Shown here piece by piece: positions 38,775 to 51,620 of a DNA stretch of 64,000 nucleotides. Where the stretch lies: NCBI RefSeq assembly GCF_006345805.1, contig NC_042999.1:166842001-166906000 (forward strand), in the 5' to 3' direction. Under the pieces are notes generated by a model. That model worked only from the letters and a program-made list of their open reading frames with translations. It had not been told where the DNA came from and searched no databases. The position numbers and the translations under genes were made by a program. The first letter of the stretch is position 1; every line of letters begins with the position of its first letter. The DNA comes from Octopus sinensis. Taxonomy: Eukaryota.

Positions 38775-39034
38775 TAGGATTGAGGTTACTCCTCCAGAAA
38801 ATAAGGAAGCAATAAAGAAGAGTACGACTGTTATAAAATGAACGATATTTCGACATGTCGTGTGTCTTCCTCAGGTTCAAAAATAAGCTTGTCAATCTAC
38901 TTCATTTTGGTAATATTTATAAGATTGATAACAGTCGCACTTTTCTTTATTGCTTCTTTACTTTCTGGAGGAGCAACCTCAATCCTATAAATATTACCAG
39001 AATGAAGTAGATTGACAAGTTTATTTTGAACCTG
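38775..39034 (-). mobile_element. Non-coding HHR-bearing mini-element: 145-bp monomer, 9-bp redundancy and 107-bp inverted fragment
   Basis: Interleaved inverted repeats 38775-38834/38928-38987 and 38872-38921/38986-39034; ta(g/a)gattga at 38775 and 38920 gives period 145; (AAT)n on both flanks. Confidence 0.8.
38839..38879 (-). ncRNA. Intact minimal type I hammerhead ribozyme
   Basis: tgaac-CTGAGGA-A-GACA-cacgaca-TGTC-GAAA-TA-TC-gttca: perfect 5-bp stem I, canonical core, 4-bp stem II, loopless palindromic stem III ATAT, AUC triplet (predicted cut after 38844). Confidence 0.85.
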
Positions 39035-39089
39035 CTAATAATAATAATAATAATAATAATAATATAATAATAATAATAATAATAATAAT

Positions 39090-39307
39090 TGAGCGGGATG
39101 GGCTACTCGACCTGAACAAAATTCTAACTGGGCCCCACCTGGAAGAACATGCGCTGTTTATCTTGATATGAGATCACTATGTTGCGCACATATGGTTGTA
39201 ACGCATGTGCCTGGTATACCCTTATCAGACGGGTTATCATGATGGGTATACTGGGCTTCGTATGTCTTGCCTCAGTGTCACTTTGATGGCATGCTCTACT
39301 CTATCAC

Positions 39308-39309
<2 letters not shown>
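39090..39309 (+). repeat. 5'-truncated copy of the 560-bp element
   Basis: Matches about 38490-38710; (AAT)n on both sides. Confidence 0.85.
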
Positions 39310-39360
<51 letters not shown>

Positions 39361-39370
39361 TATAATAATA

Positions 39371-40380
39371 AAGGGTGGAAGAGGCTTAATAGCAGTGAGA
39401 AGAATGTGTATAGATCGAAAGAAAGAACCTTGTACATTATTTACAGAGCAGCACAGAAAAACTACTAAAGACAGTTAGTAAAGAACAGGTGGTCAGGCGC
39501 GTAACAGGAGAAAAGAACAAGAATGAAATACAAAGAGAGCACGTCAGACAGATTCAAGAGAAACCTCTGCATGGCCAATTTTGGAGAGCCACTGAAAACG
39601 TATGTGGAACAAAATCCTGTGCTTGGTTAAAAAAGGGGCAATTAAAGAAAAAAAGAAACAGAGAGCCTCATTGTAGCAGCCCAAGATCAAGCAATAAAAA
39701 CAAACAACTTGAGAAAAAATATATATGGAGAGAATGTGTCTGAAAAATGTAGAACCTGTGAAACTTGGAACGAGACAGTGGCACACATTGTGGAAGAATG
39801 CTCCAAGTTGGCACAGGAAGAGTATAAGAAATGGAAGCACGACCAGGTTGTAAAAGTTTTACATTTGAAACTATGCTAGAAATGGGGATTTGAAACTGGA
39901 AACACATGGTACAATCACCGAGTCGAAAGAGTACTGGAGTCGGAGAAATGTAAGATTTTGTGGGACTTTCCTATTCAAACGGACAAGAAGTTAGAAAATA
40001 GAAAACTGGACATAACAATTATATAAGGAAAAGCGAAGTTACTTACTAATCACCATGCCGTTTGACTCCAGGATCATAAAGAAAGAGGATGAAAAAATAC
40101 AATCCCTTAAAATTTGAAACAGGTAGAATTAGGAACATGAAGATAGATTACTATCTTCATGTTCCTAATTATAATTGCCTATAATAATTGGTGCGTTGGG
40201 AACAGTAAGCAAAGATATAGACAAATGGTTGAAAGAGATTGGAATAGAATGCCAGGTAGAGTTCCTGCAGAAAATTTGTCTCTTAGGGACAGCAAGGATT
40301 ATCAGGAGGGTTCTAAGTACTGAAATTTGTGGATACCAGTATTGCTTGGAACTGAGAGTTCGTCGCAGGGTTTTTGACGC
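39371..40380 (+). mobile_element. R4/Dong-like LINE 3' part
   Basis: KPLHGQF, AAQDQAIKT, CRTC...ETVAHIVEEC, HDQV, ILWDFPIQTD, PIIIGALG, QKICLLGTARIIRRVL; starts directly after (AAT)n. Confidence 0.88.
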
Positions 40381-40474
40381 ATGATCATTAAACAAGTGTC
40401 ACCTTAGTCTGCTGGCTATGGGCATCTGACGCTTTCCATCATACCCAGCAAAATAATTGAGAATTCTCATCGAC

Positions 40475-40537
40475 AGCTCCGGACCAAATAACAGATAGCT
40501 CCGGGCTAAATAACAGATAGCTCCGGGCTAAATAACA
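40475..40537. repeat. 22-bp tandem repeat x~3 (AGCTCCGGGCTAAATAACAGAT)
   Basis: Direct reading; starts at 40475, 40497 and 40519. Confidence 0.9.
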
Positions 40538-41059
40538 ACATGGACGTACACTAAGAAGCTCTCTCCACAAAACAATCTTAATCCAATAACATCGGTGCGA
40601 TGGAAGGAAAACTTCACAATACAATTATGTTAAAGGAAAGGAACTAAAAACCGGAAAGGTTTTGTGATATAAAGGGCAGCTTCTTTCTTAAGTGTACGAT
40701 ATCTTAATACAACATACACGAGAAGTCGAATGTAGCACCAGAAAACCTGGGAAAACAGCACTTAAACAGTAAGTACGTAATTGAATAGCTACCTATACAT
40801 GCAACTGTCCACGCGTCCATGCACACATATTAATATTTATAAGCCACAGAAATAATGCTTAGACGACACACACGTACACACATGGAAAAGAAAATAAAAA
40901 AACACGTGTCACGAGCGATGCTGTACCGAGCACAAACAAAAACAAAGCGACTTCTCACAAACCAATAAAAAAAAGGAGCAATTTAGTCACTCAGCTTAAA
41001 GCATAACGAAATAGTCATGCCAAGAAAAATAGCTATAAAAAAAAGTTTCAAAAATAGAG

Positions 41060-44000
41060 GCAATTTCAGCCTACGATATGATAAATATATCCATTCGAAG
41101 AACAAGGAAGCGGTGTCAAGTCAACTTTGAACAAACAGACCCATCTTCTATTGTCAATTCCTTAAGCCAAAACTCACGCCGAATCGGTCATCACCCGTGA
41201 CAACATGGGCCGCGTTACTCAGTAGGGAACCAGACTGGGTCGAAAAGTATGCTGCTGTAGCAAACCCTTTGAAAAACGATCTACTCGGCAACCTGATCCT
41301 TAACCGTAACCTCAGGCCTGAAGTGAAACCACCAAAATCATCACCTAAAGCTAAACCCAAACAATAACCTCATAGTACAAACTGACATTTCATGGAGAAA
41401 CTTAGTAGGCAATGAGGTACGCAGATATATAGATGCAAATGCAGTAAGTAATGTACGTAGACACATCATTAAAAACATAAGGTTAACTGATGCTGAAATT
41501 AGCGAAATTAGGACGCAAGTTTCTCATGGTAGACCAAATGAAAGCAGCAACAATGTTGATAAATTAGGTAACAGATGCACAAAACCCGGTGTACGAGCAG
41601 TACATCACAACGAAGAAGCTGAAGAAAGAATAACGAAGAACAGATATGCAGAAAAAGAGGAGGAAATAGACCTACTTCAAGAACACCAGAATTTGAGGTG
41701 AATAATAAAGAGAAGATCACAGAAGCAAAAGAAGATATTATCAGAGAACTCAGCAAGACTGAATCTACTGACATCATCAATAGAGAACCACTGGGAAAGT
41801 TCTCAAACAGCATAAAAACCAACATAATCATTATATATAATGTTGCTTTTAAACAGACCTTAAGTAACAAGGGAAATTACCTAACAACCTTAAATAGCTT
41901 CATCTATTCCCTTGCTAAAGTTGTAACTGCTCAACTAGGTATCAGGACGACACAGAAAAAGGACCAACCATGTAAATAGACCGCCCAAGTGGAAAGTAGC
42001 AATACAAAAAGTTTTTGAATCTCAGCGGGCGGATGTATCAGTTTTCGATTAACTTGCTAGGGGAATAAACGAGCTAGAAAAATCAAGCAAAAATATAAAA
42101 TCAAATATAAAGTATAAAATCAAAGATTTTATAAACCTCTCTGCAACCAAGGAACAATTGAAACAACGAATACAACTGAACGCCCAACGGCTTAGAAGGT
42201 ACGATGAAAGAATCAAATTTTATCGACAAAACAAGGTATTCAAGATGAATGCAAAAAAATTTTATAGGGAAATTAGCAAAAGTAGGATAGAAGTAAAGGA
42301 GACACCCAAGACTGAGGAAATGGATGAGTTCTGGAAGAAGATATGGAGCAACAAAAAAAGGAATCTAATGCTAAAGCTGATTGGATAGAGCGTGAGAAAG
42401 TGAGACTGGATGAAACTGAAGAGCAGAAATGGAAGACAATAGAAATAAAAGAGCTAAGATGTGTTCTTAGGAAGTCTCAGAAATGGAAAACTCCAGGACG
42501 GGACCGAATTCCTAACTTCTGGCTAAATTGTCTGACAGAAGTACACCAAAATATACTTGCATCTCTGACTGAGGTCATCCAGAATCCAGAGCAAATACCT
42601 GCCTGACTGACCGAAGGAACAGCATACCATCTATCAAAAACTGAAGACACAAAAAATCCAAAGAATTACCGTCCAATAACATGTCCCAACACCACCTACA
42701 ATATCCTCAAAATCCATATTAACTGACAGAATATACGCTTTCCTTGAACAGAGACCTATCCTTCCACAAGCTCAAAAAGGTTATAAAAAGAATTCTTATG
42801 GGTGCAATGATCAATTACTTGTAAATAAAATGATTGTAGAGAATTGCCGGAGAAAAAGGAACCTGAGTATGGCATGGATAGACTACAGGAAAGCGTTTGA
42901 TAGTGTCCCACATAATTGGATACTTAAGGCCCTTGAAATATACAAGATCTCACTTGTCAACTCCAAAATCTTATGAAGTAGCCTGGCCAAGTGGAACACA
43001 CGCTCCTTCTAAATCATAGTAATGGGATGAGTCAAACTAACATCAAACAAGGCACTTTTCAAGGTGACTCCCTATTTCTTTTACTCTTTTGCATGACACT
43101 CATCCCACTCTTAAACGAACTAAGTAACACCAAGTATAGGTTCAAAGTTTACAATACGACAATAAACCATCTGTTTTATATGGACGATCTGAAGCTGTTT
43201 GCTAGAAATGACGAAGAACTAATAGGACTGCTAACAACTGTTAAAGAATTCAGCAATGACATTTGGATGGACTTTGGCCTTGATAAGTGTGCTAAATCAA
43301 CTTTTGTTAGAGGCAAGCTCAGGCAAACAGCTTCCATTAAATTAGATGCCAACACTACTATCAAGGAGCTTGACCCACAGGAAAATTACAAATACCTGGG
43401 GATAAACGGAGATGGTATATAACATGGTACTATGAAAGAAAGAATAAGAAAAGAATATTACAGGAGAATAAGACTCATACTAAAAACTGAAGTCATCTCT
43501 AAAAATCGCATCGAAGCCATTAACACTGGCACTTCCAGTAGTCTAATATAGTTTTAACACCATTAACTGGAATCTTACAGAGCTCCAACGCCTGGACAGG
43601 AAGACAAGAAAAATACTAACTTCTAAGAACATGCACCACCCAAAAGCAGATGTTGATCGTCTGTACCTACCTAGAAGTAATGGGGGGGGGGGGAGGAATG
43701 AAGCAGGTAGAACTGTGCTATAAAACCTCCACCACAAAAGCAGCAAAAAGTCACATTCAATTGTCAAAGAAGCTTGCAAATTCACAAGGGAACCTGGCAT
43801 TAACCCTAAAATAGTTGAAGAACCGGAAACCACTGCCATAAAACAAACAAAATGGATCGGGCAGACTGCAAAAAAGAACGAGCAGAAACAAATTGAGGAG
43901 CCTCTGCATGGACAGTATATACTTCGAAGTCGAAATGCTGATGTAGATCAAGCAAATACCGTCAGTAGCTGAGAAGTTCGGGACTGAAAGCAGAGATTGA

Positions 44001-44790
44001 ATGTTTCATATTGGCAGCACTAGACCAAAGCTTGTTCACAAAATCTACAAGGCTAATGTTCTTCAAAACGGTTCTTACCCCAAATGCAGATTCTGCGACT
44101 CATTTGGCGAAACAATCTCGAGATGTCCTGTGTTGACACCAAACGAATATAAAAATTGCCACGATAGAGTAGGACAGTATTTACAAAGGAAAATACGTAA
44201 ATACTACAAAATGAGCGCTCCTACATACTGGTACGAACATCATCCTGAGTCAGTCATTGAGGGTAAAAATATCACTATCCTTTGAGATTTTCCTGTCAAC
44301 ACTGACAGAACGATCCAGGCTAATTAAACAAACATGATAATTACAGACAGGTAAGAAAATACTTGTACACTAATAGATTTGTGCTTCCACTGATAAAAAT
44401 ATATCTGTCAAGGAATTTGACGAATTAAGTAAATATAAGGACCTGGAAATTGAAATGCGAAAGATGTGGCATCTTAAAAACGAGAACTGTTCTTGTTATT
44501 GTATGTGCCCTAGGTATGATAAAATAAAGGGGATGTCAGAAATAAGGTCCTAGGAGAACCGTGTCTCAGAGAAATCCAAAAGATTGTGCTGACAAGTACT
44601 GCCCACATCCTTAGAAAAACCCTATCAGTTTAAATGTCTGTGTTGTATTACATGAAGATATTGCACTACCTCCCCTCCCCAAGCTTTCTGTCATATTGTA
44701 ACATCCCTTACCCTTCACTCGCCCCCAGGACGCTAGGTGTGTTTCGGCAAGTGATTGTAACAAAGATGCAGATTAAAAGTAAAGATAACA
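41060..44790 (+). mobile_element. Near full-length decayed R4/Dong-like LINE (RT, CCHC, restriction-like endonuclease)
   Basis: WKTPGRDRIPNFWL, NYRPITC, AWIDYRKAFDSVPH, FQGDSL, HLFYMDDLKLF, FGLDKC, YKYLG, LYLPRS.GG.G, CRFC, HDRV, KYKDLEIE; ends in (AAC)n(AAT)n; many stops and frameshifts. Confidence 0.92.
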
Positions 44791-44813
44791 ACAACAACAA
44801 CAACAACAACAAC

Positions 44814-44858
<45 letters not shown>

Positions 44859-45444
44859 TATAATAATAGTGTGTGTGTGTGCGCATGTCCGTGCGTGCAT
44901 GCGTGTGTGTGTGCGCGCATGCGAGCGTGTGTATGCTACGGAACTTTCTCAAACTAGAAACTTTTGAGTATTATCCTTGAATAGTTACACTACCAATGAA
45001 GACAATCAAGAAATATCAATATATGTAATAATACAAAAAATGGAACAACCATAAACGATGCAGCCTTTAACAAGTTCAACCTTACGAGAATGGAGGACAG
45101 CTCAGAATAATGGGATACTAAGGTGTAAAAGATTCACAGTCAACAAGCATATCAAATGTATGTTCCCATCATCAGCTGCCTGGCGGATAACAGTATAATT
45201 TCGACATCTGGGTAATACTTCACTCCAGAAGTGTGAATAGCGTTAAAAACATAAACGCTGCGTAGAAATTAATAGACAAGCAGCAGGAGCGAAACTAATA
45301 TGTCCATTACATTTACATCTGCATATGATTAAAAATACAAACATCGAACACAAAAAAAGTAGTATTAAACAAGGCATAGAAATTTAAAAAATTGTACCTA
45401 TAAAACTAGAAATACCAAAAAAAAAAGAGCACTGCTACCTCAAG

Positions 45445-45523
<79 letters not shown>

Positions 45524-45654
45524 TATAATGGGTGAGGGTTTCACACTAGTATGAAACTCAATTAAGTGGATATGAAGTACTCAATACTGTTTAAATAGAG
45601 TGAAGTAACGTTATGTACTCATACCTGAATTTACATGAGTCTGCGACTGATTAG

Positions 45655-48600
45655 ATGATTAGATGAAATTAATGGGAATAAAGGAAAATTTTTTAGTAAC
45701 CGCAATACCTATCCTCTGAAGAGACAGGAAACACGAGGAGCGACTTATGTAGGCTTGTATATATGTATACATTGCTGAAGAGCAATGGTTACACAAGGAC
45801 GTTAGCACAGATAGAGCGAAAGAAGCAGGAGTTTATACGCTCCTATGCACTCATAAGATCCCACACCAGCACGCTTGATGCCATCTTTGACAACGAACAA
45901 AGCAAAGATGGCAAGGATGGAGGCACGGGTGCTGATCAAAGATGTCACCCCCACTTGGTAAACACCCAGGACAACAAAGAAGATTCAAGTGAGAAACCTG
46001 CCCGGGAAGTAAACCTAAGTGCAAGTGCCCCTACCAGCATCAAAAGCCAAAACCATGGAGATGAAAGAGCCAAAAACGAAGTAAAAGAAGGAAAAACTAA
46101 AAGAAAAACAAAAGATGAAACAGCCAAAGAAGGCAAAACTAAAACTCAAACAAAACCAAGGATAGAAGCAAACCTGACTATCCATATACCAAAAAGGATA
46201 GAAAGAGACAGCACACACGAATGTGTAAATTCTACATGAAAGGTGTCTGCTGGCATGGAGAGGAAGGTGCAGGCTGCCGTTTTGCACACCAAAGACCCTG
46301 CCACATAAACATGAAACAGGGCAGAAACCACCTGCCAAAAAGAAAAGGAAAGGACTACGCACCACCTGCCCCAAAACGGAGGTACGCAGATGTAGTACGT
46401 GTTACAAACCATCAACATGTTATTGAAAGGGCAGCTGCTGAACAAGAATCTTTTTTGTGCATGGCACAAAAGATTGTACAGCAGCTAACCTGGCTCCATC
46501 AAACTCAAACTCACAGATGGGACTATCCACAATACACAAGACCGCCTCAGCAAATAGACCCAAAGTGGACACCAAGACAACAACACACACACCACCTGGA
46601 TGCTCCTACTGAACATCAGAGGACTGCTAGCACTCAGTAACTGGACAAAAATCCCTTTCTTGAGAGACCTTGTTGCATGTAATCAAGCCTTATGCATAGC
46701 ACTTACGGAAACACACCTGAAACCGGATATAGCAGATGCGGAAATACACATACCACAGTATGTTGTATTACGGACCGACAGAAAAGAAAGGAGTCATGGT
46801 GGAGTTGCTATGTACATCTGCGAGGACCTCACACCCCAGGTCCTTTTGTCATACTCAAACTCGGTGTGAGGCAACTCGGTGTAAGTTATATGTGCTACAT
46901 ATCGCCCTCCAGATGCTCCAAGCCATGTAGGCAAGTTTGAAGACTGCCTTACAAAAATAGAAGTTCTAGTCACATTAGAACAACACATAAGTGTACTTCT
47001 TATGGGAGACTTCAATCTGCCCAATGTCAGATGGCCTGAGGGCCTTTCTCTCCCAGGAATGACACGATGCGAACGAGGACAGGCGAGGTCCCTCCTGAAC
47101 CTCATCAACACTCTGTACATGGAGCAAATAATACTCCAACCAGGGCAAGTAACATACTGGATCTCTGCTTCACTAATAACATGGATCTCATCCATAATGT
47201 GAAAGTGACACCGACACTACTCTCGGATCACAACATGGTAGAGCTGACCATGTACGGGCCAAAGGGAAGCATGGACATGCAGTCTACAAGAACCTCTCAG
47301 AATCTTTCCAGCTTGAACTTCCATAAGGCAAACTGGAAACAAATTGAGAAAGAGATCCTCAAACAAAACTGGCCTGAATGTCTATCCTCGCCAGACATCG
47401 ACATGAAACTTCAACAATTCATGTCCGTAATGCAAGCCATATGCTACAAATGTGTCCCAGAGAGGAAAGCCACTGTACAAAAGAGCAAAATCCCCAGAGA
47501 GAGGAAAATTCTAATGAGACGGCGTACAAAAGTTTCAAATCGCCTAAACAAACAAATTGAAAGCAGTGAAAAGTCCCGCCTGAAAATAAAACTGTTGGAA
47601 ATTGAAAAATGTCTGCAACTCTCCCATGAAAAAGAAAGAGCAGACAAAGAAGCCTGGGCTATAGACAACATAAAATCTAACCCCAGAGCTTTCTACAAGT
47701 TTGCCAAAGAAACAGCTACGGTGCACTGTAGGATAGGGCCACTCCTTGAAAAAGATAGTACACTCACAGGAAATCCAATGAGGATAAGTGAAATACTAAA
47801 TGAGCAATTCAAAAGTATTTTCACTCCACCCCTAGGGCATTTTCAAGTCAGCAATCCAACTGACTTCTTTACCACTGCAGATATAAAATCAGAGGCAACG
47901 ATGATTGATTACATCAATATAAAGGAAGACAATGTAATAAAGGCTATAGATGAAATGAACACAAACTCAGCTACTGGCCCAGATGAATTCCCAGCAATCC
48001 TCCTAAAAGTATGTAAGAGAGTCCTAGCAAGACCACTGCAGTTCCTCTTTCAGAGCTTCCTTGCAACTGGCAAACTTCCAAGAAAACTGAAGGAAGGTCA
48101 AATATGCCCTATTCATAAAGGAGGTAGCAGAGCGGAGGCCAAGAACTACAGGCCTATCTCTCTGACCTCACACATCAGCAAGGTCATGGAGCGAATAGTC
48201 AGAAGGAAACTAATCGCCTTCCTTGAAGAAAATAACTTGCTGCTTGACACCCAACATGGTTTCCGACCGGGAAGGAGCTGCCTAACTCAGCTTCTACAAC
48301 ACTATGACTGGGTGCTGAAACAACTGCTCAACCACTCAAATGTGGAAGTGATATATCTCGACTTTGCAAAGGCCTTTGGTAAAGTCGATCATGGAATGAT
48401 ATGTCAGAAACTGCGTGATCTTGGCATAGTTGGAAAATTGGAAGAGTGGCTTCATGACTTTCTGAAGGATAGAAGTCAGGTGGTAGTAGCTAATGGAGCC
48501 ACCTCCATTAACACGCAAATAGTGAGCGGTGTTCCGCAGGGCACTGTTTTGCGACCACTACTGTTCATAATGGCCCTCTCAGACATGCCCCAGTCACGCA

Positions 48601-49610
48601 GAGAGCCACGATCACAAGTTATGCAGATGATATAAAAGTTTCACAGGCAATCCAGAACCCTGAAGACACTATGCAACTGCAATGTGAGCTGGACAAAATA
48701 TACAAGTGGGCTGAAAAGAATAGCATGCAGTTCAATGCTGAAAAGTTTCAAACTTTATGCTATCAGCATGCAAAACTAAATGCAATATCCAATAAATACA
48801 CTGGACCTGGAGGGATTGCAATCTGAGAGGCACAATCAGTGCGAGACCTGGGTATTTACATGAGTAATGATGCAACCTTTCATGTGCATGTTGCTAAATT
48901 GGCAATGAAATGTAGGCGGCTGACCGGATGGATTCTTAGAACTTTTAGAACAAGAGAACAAGAAACCATGATGGTCCTCTGGAGGACACTTGTCCTAAGC
49001 CACTTTGACTATTGCTCTCAGCTATGGTCACCATCCAGTGTCAAGTTAATCACAGAACTTGAGGCGATCCAACAAAACTACACGAATAAGATAGACTCTG
49101 TGCAGCATATAAGCTATTGGGGAAGACTCAATTCCTTAGAGCGTAGGCGAGAAAGATATGCCATAATATACATCTGGAAGATCCTGGAAGGACTTGTCCC
49201 AAACTTTGGCATCGAGAGTTACACAAATACTAGAACTAGGCGCCAGGGCATAGTGCCAAGGACTCCAAATTTGCCATCAAGATGTAGGACAAGATACTGT
49301 GATAGCCTGGGCTTTAGAGGCCCACAGCTCTTCAATATCCTCCCGAAGGACCTGATAGACCTGCATTGTGTGGATGCAGATGTTTTTAAAATAAAACTGG
49401 ATCTCTTCCTGTCAGGTGTCCCAGATGAACCAACTTCACGACAGGAGGTGCAGATGAGGGCAGCTGCATCGAACTCTCTCATACACCAAATGGCAATTGC
49501 TAAAAAGCATTCGTGAAGTAAAATCATGTAGCAACACCAAATGGTGGTGCCCCAGCATGGCCACAGCTCGTGAGCTGAAACTAGATAAAATAAAAAATAA
49601 AAATAAAAAT
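45655..49610 (+). mobile_element. Near full-length CR1/L2-like LINE (ORF1 with CCCH finger; ORF2 APE + RT), inactivated
   Basis: ORF1 45763-46640 (frameshifted); ORF2 about 46600-49516 with LTETHL, GGVAMY, YRPP, GDFNLP, SDHN, GPDEF, NYRPISLTS, QHGFRPGRSC, YLDFAKAF, GVPQGTVL, YADD; 3' hairpin and (TAAAA)n-like tail. The 5' boundary is approximate. Confidence 0.93.
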
Positions 49611-49705
49611 ATATATATATACACACACACAGATACAGACACATACATACATGATTAAATTTTTTTCGAAAATACCAAAAGTCATTAGACGCAGAATAAT
49701 GTTAG

Positions 49706-49742
<37 letters not shown>

Positions 49743-51206
49743 TTGGTTTATCATATTTTATATATTGTTAGAAACACACACATTCTTTTGCACGTACACA
49801 CATGCGTTCGCACACAAATATGTACACACAAATGTATAATACATAGAGAACGAGGGTGAGAGAGTATCAGGAAGTGAGAACGAACAAATGTTACTCAAAA
49901 AAAGATAGAGAAACCGAAATATTGGTGGCTAACTTGCTTAGTTTCATTCAGATTTGGTATATTAAGGCCTATTCCTGTCGCCATAAGTAAAAAAAAATTG
50001 AGAATTAGACAACCAGCAATATAGTTTTGGTATTACTTTACAATATAAAGTATTCTGACATATCAAAACTGATTGAAAAGCATGTAGCTTTAAATTTGTA
50101 TCCTCTTATTGCAAGACCGCTGTGTGTCCAGAAATTTTAACCCATAAAACATATATTGCGCGATCGATAAAAATAATACTGAGCTTTTTAGATTAGACTC
50201 TCCACTTCTGTATTGTTACCTACCTCTTACACTATGTCAGTATTCCTATCAAAGAGTTTTGTTTTACGATGTCTTTAAAAGGGCATTTTAAGAACAGAAT
50301 AGTATAAATAATAGCATATATTCCACGATTACAGTTACTTTATTTTCGTTTGAACCTGCTAGGAGAATCTTCCGGTCAAACACTATAAAATGATATAATA
50401 TCAGGTAGGTAGAGGTATACATTTTAGCATCAACACCTGTAATATATTCAATAATAAAAATTCTTGAAATTATAAAGCATTGGTTTATTGTTGATGTATT
50501 TCCTCTTTCATCTTTCATAATGATTACAAATCTCGCTATTCGTTTGAAGCCATCTGTTCTCTGTCACTTACAATGTATTCAACATAAATGATATAAGCAA
50601 ACCATCACATCTAAACATTTCTGAAGCATCGATTGTGCCCGGCGTATTCTTGCACATGTTTTACATTGCAAAACATCAACTGCAAAGCATCCACAGCTCT
50701 ACAATCACTGGTCCTTTTTATTTTACACTTTAACACGCGCGTGAACATTGTATGTTACTTCAGGAAATGAAATGCCTTGATTTTAAAAAGAGTCGATATG
50801 GATCTACTAGAATGGAGTACAGGCATGGCAATTCCCTTACGTTGAATTGAAATGACTAATAAAACTGGTCATTTTGTGTCTATGAGCAGATAGAGTGATG
50901 CTTACTAAAAATATATATTTCAACTCAACACATATTATTCTTATCACACATTTTTATGCTATTTTATTTTATATGTGCTGTTTATATGTCATTCCTAAAT
51001 TTCCTATTTACGCTCCATATAACTTTCGGTTCAGAGACTACTTGATGTTATAGATGCAGGTGTTCAACATAGGAAAATATTGATTAACTATAAGAGAGCT
51101 GAAGTTATAAAAATACCGGCTGCATGATTAAGAATATTCATACAGAGATACTTGAGTTTTAAAATAATTTACTCATTTTATCAGATAACGAGATTTTAAA
51201 CAATAC

Positions 51207-51620
51207 AGGCGCAGGAGAGGCTGTGTGGTAAGTAGCTTGCCTACCAACCACATGGTTCTGGCTTCAGTCCCACTGCGTGACATCTTGGGCAAGTGTCTTC
51301 TGCTATAGCCTCGGGCCGACCAATGCCTTGTGAGTGGATTTGGTAGACGGAAACTGAAAGAAGCCCGTCGTATATATGTATGTATATGTATGTATGTATA
51401 TGTTTGTGTGTCTGTGTTTGTCTCTCTAGCATTGCTTGACAACCGATGGTGGTGTGTTTACGTCCCCGTCACTTAGCGGTTCGGCAAAAGAGACCGATAG
51501 AATAAGTACTGGGCTTACAAGGAATAAATCCCGAGGTCGATTTGCTCGACTAGAGGCGGTGCTCCAGCATGGCCGCAGTCAAATGACTGAAACAAGTAAA
51601 AGAGAATAAAAGAGAATATA
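51207..51620 (+). mobile_element. Full-length tRNA-derived SINE (reference copy)
   Basis: ggcgcaggagaggctgtgtggtaag head, degenerate B-box ggcttcagtccc, internal (TATG)n, LINE-like 3' hairpin cagtc-aaat-gactg, (AAGAG)-rich tail. Confidence 0.9.

Noticed and set aside
40405-40610. Hairpin gctggctatg/catacccagc with ttccatc/gatggaa as an HDV-like ribozyme upstream of the R4/Dong element
   Set aside because: I could not build the nested double pseudoknot or the J4/2 catalytic C by hand; a descriptor search would be needed.
45705-45750. cct-CTGAAGA-gacag-GAAAC near the 5' end of the LINE, with a related gtc-GAAAC-tggca-GTT at about 7900-7915 (minus)
   Set aside because: No stem II or stem I can be formed in either copy, and the 7.9 kb string reads in frame as ORF1-like sequence (MRRNWQLEELRPF); treated as coincidence, not a 5' ribozyme.
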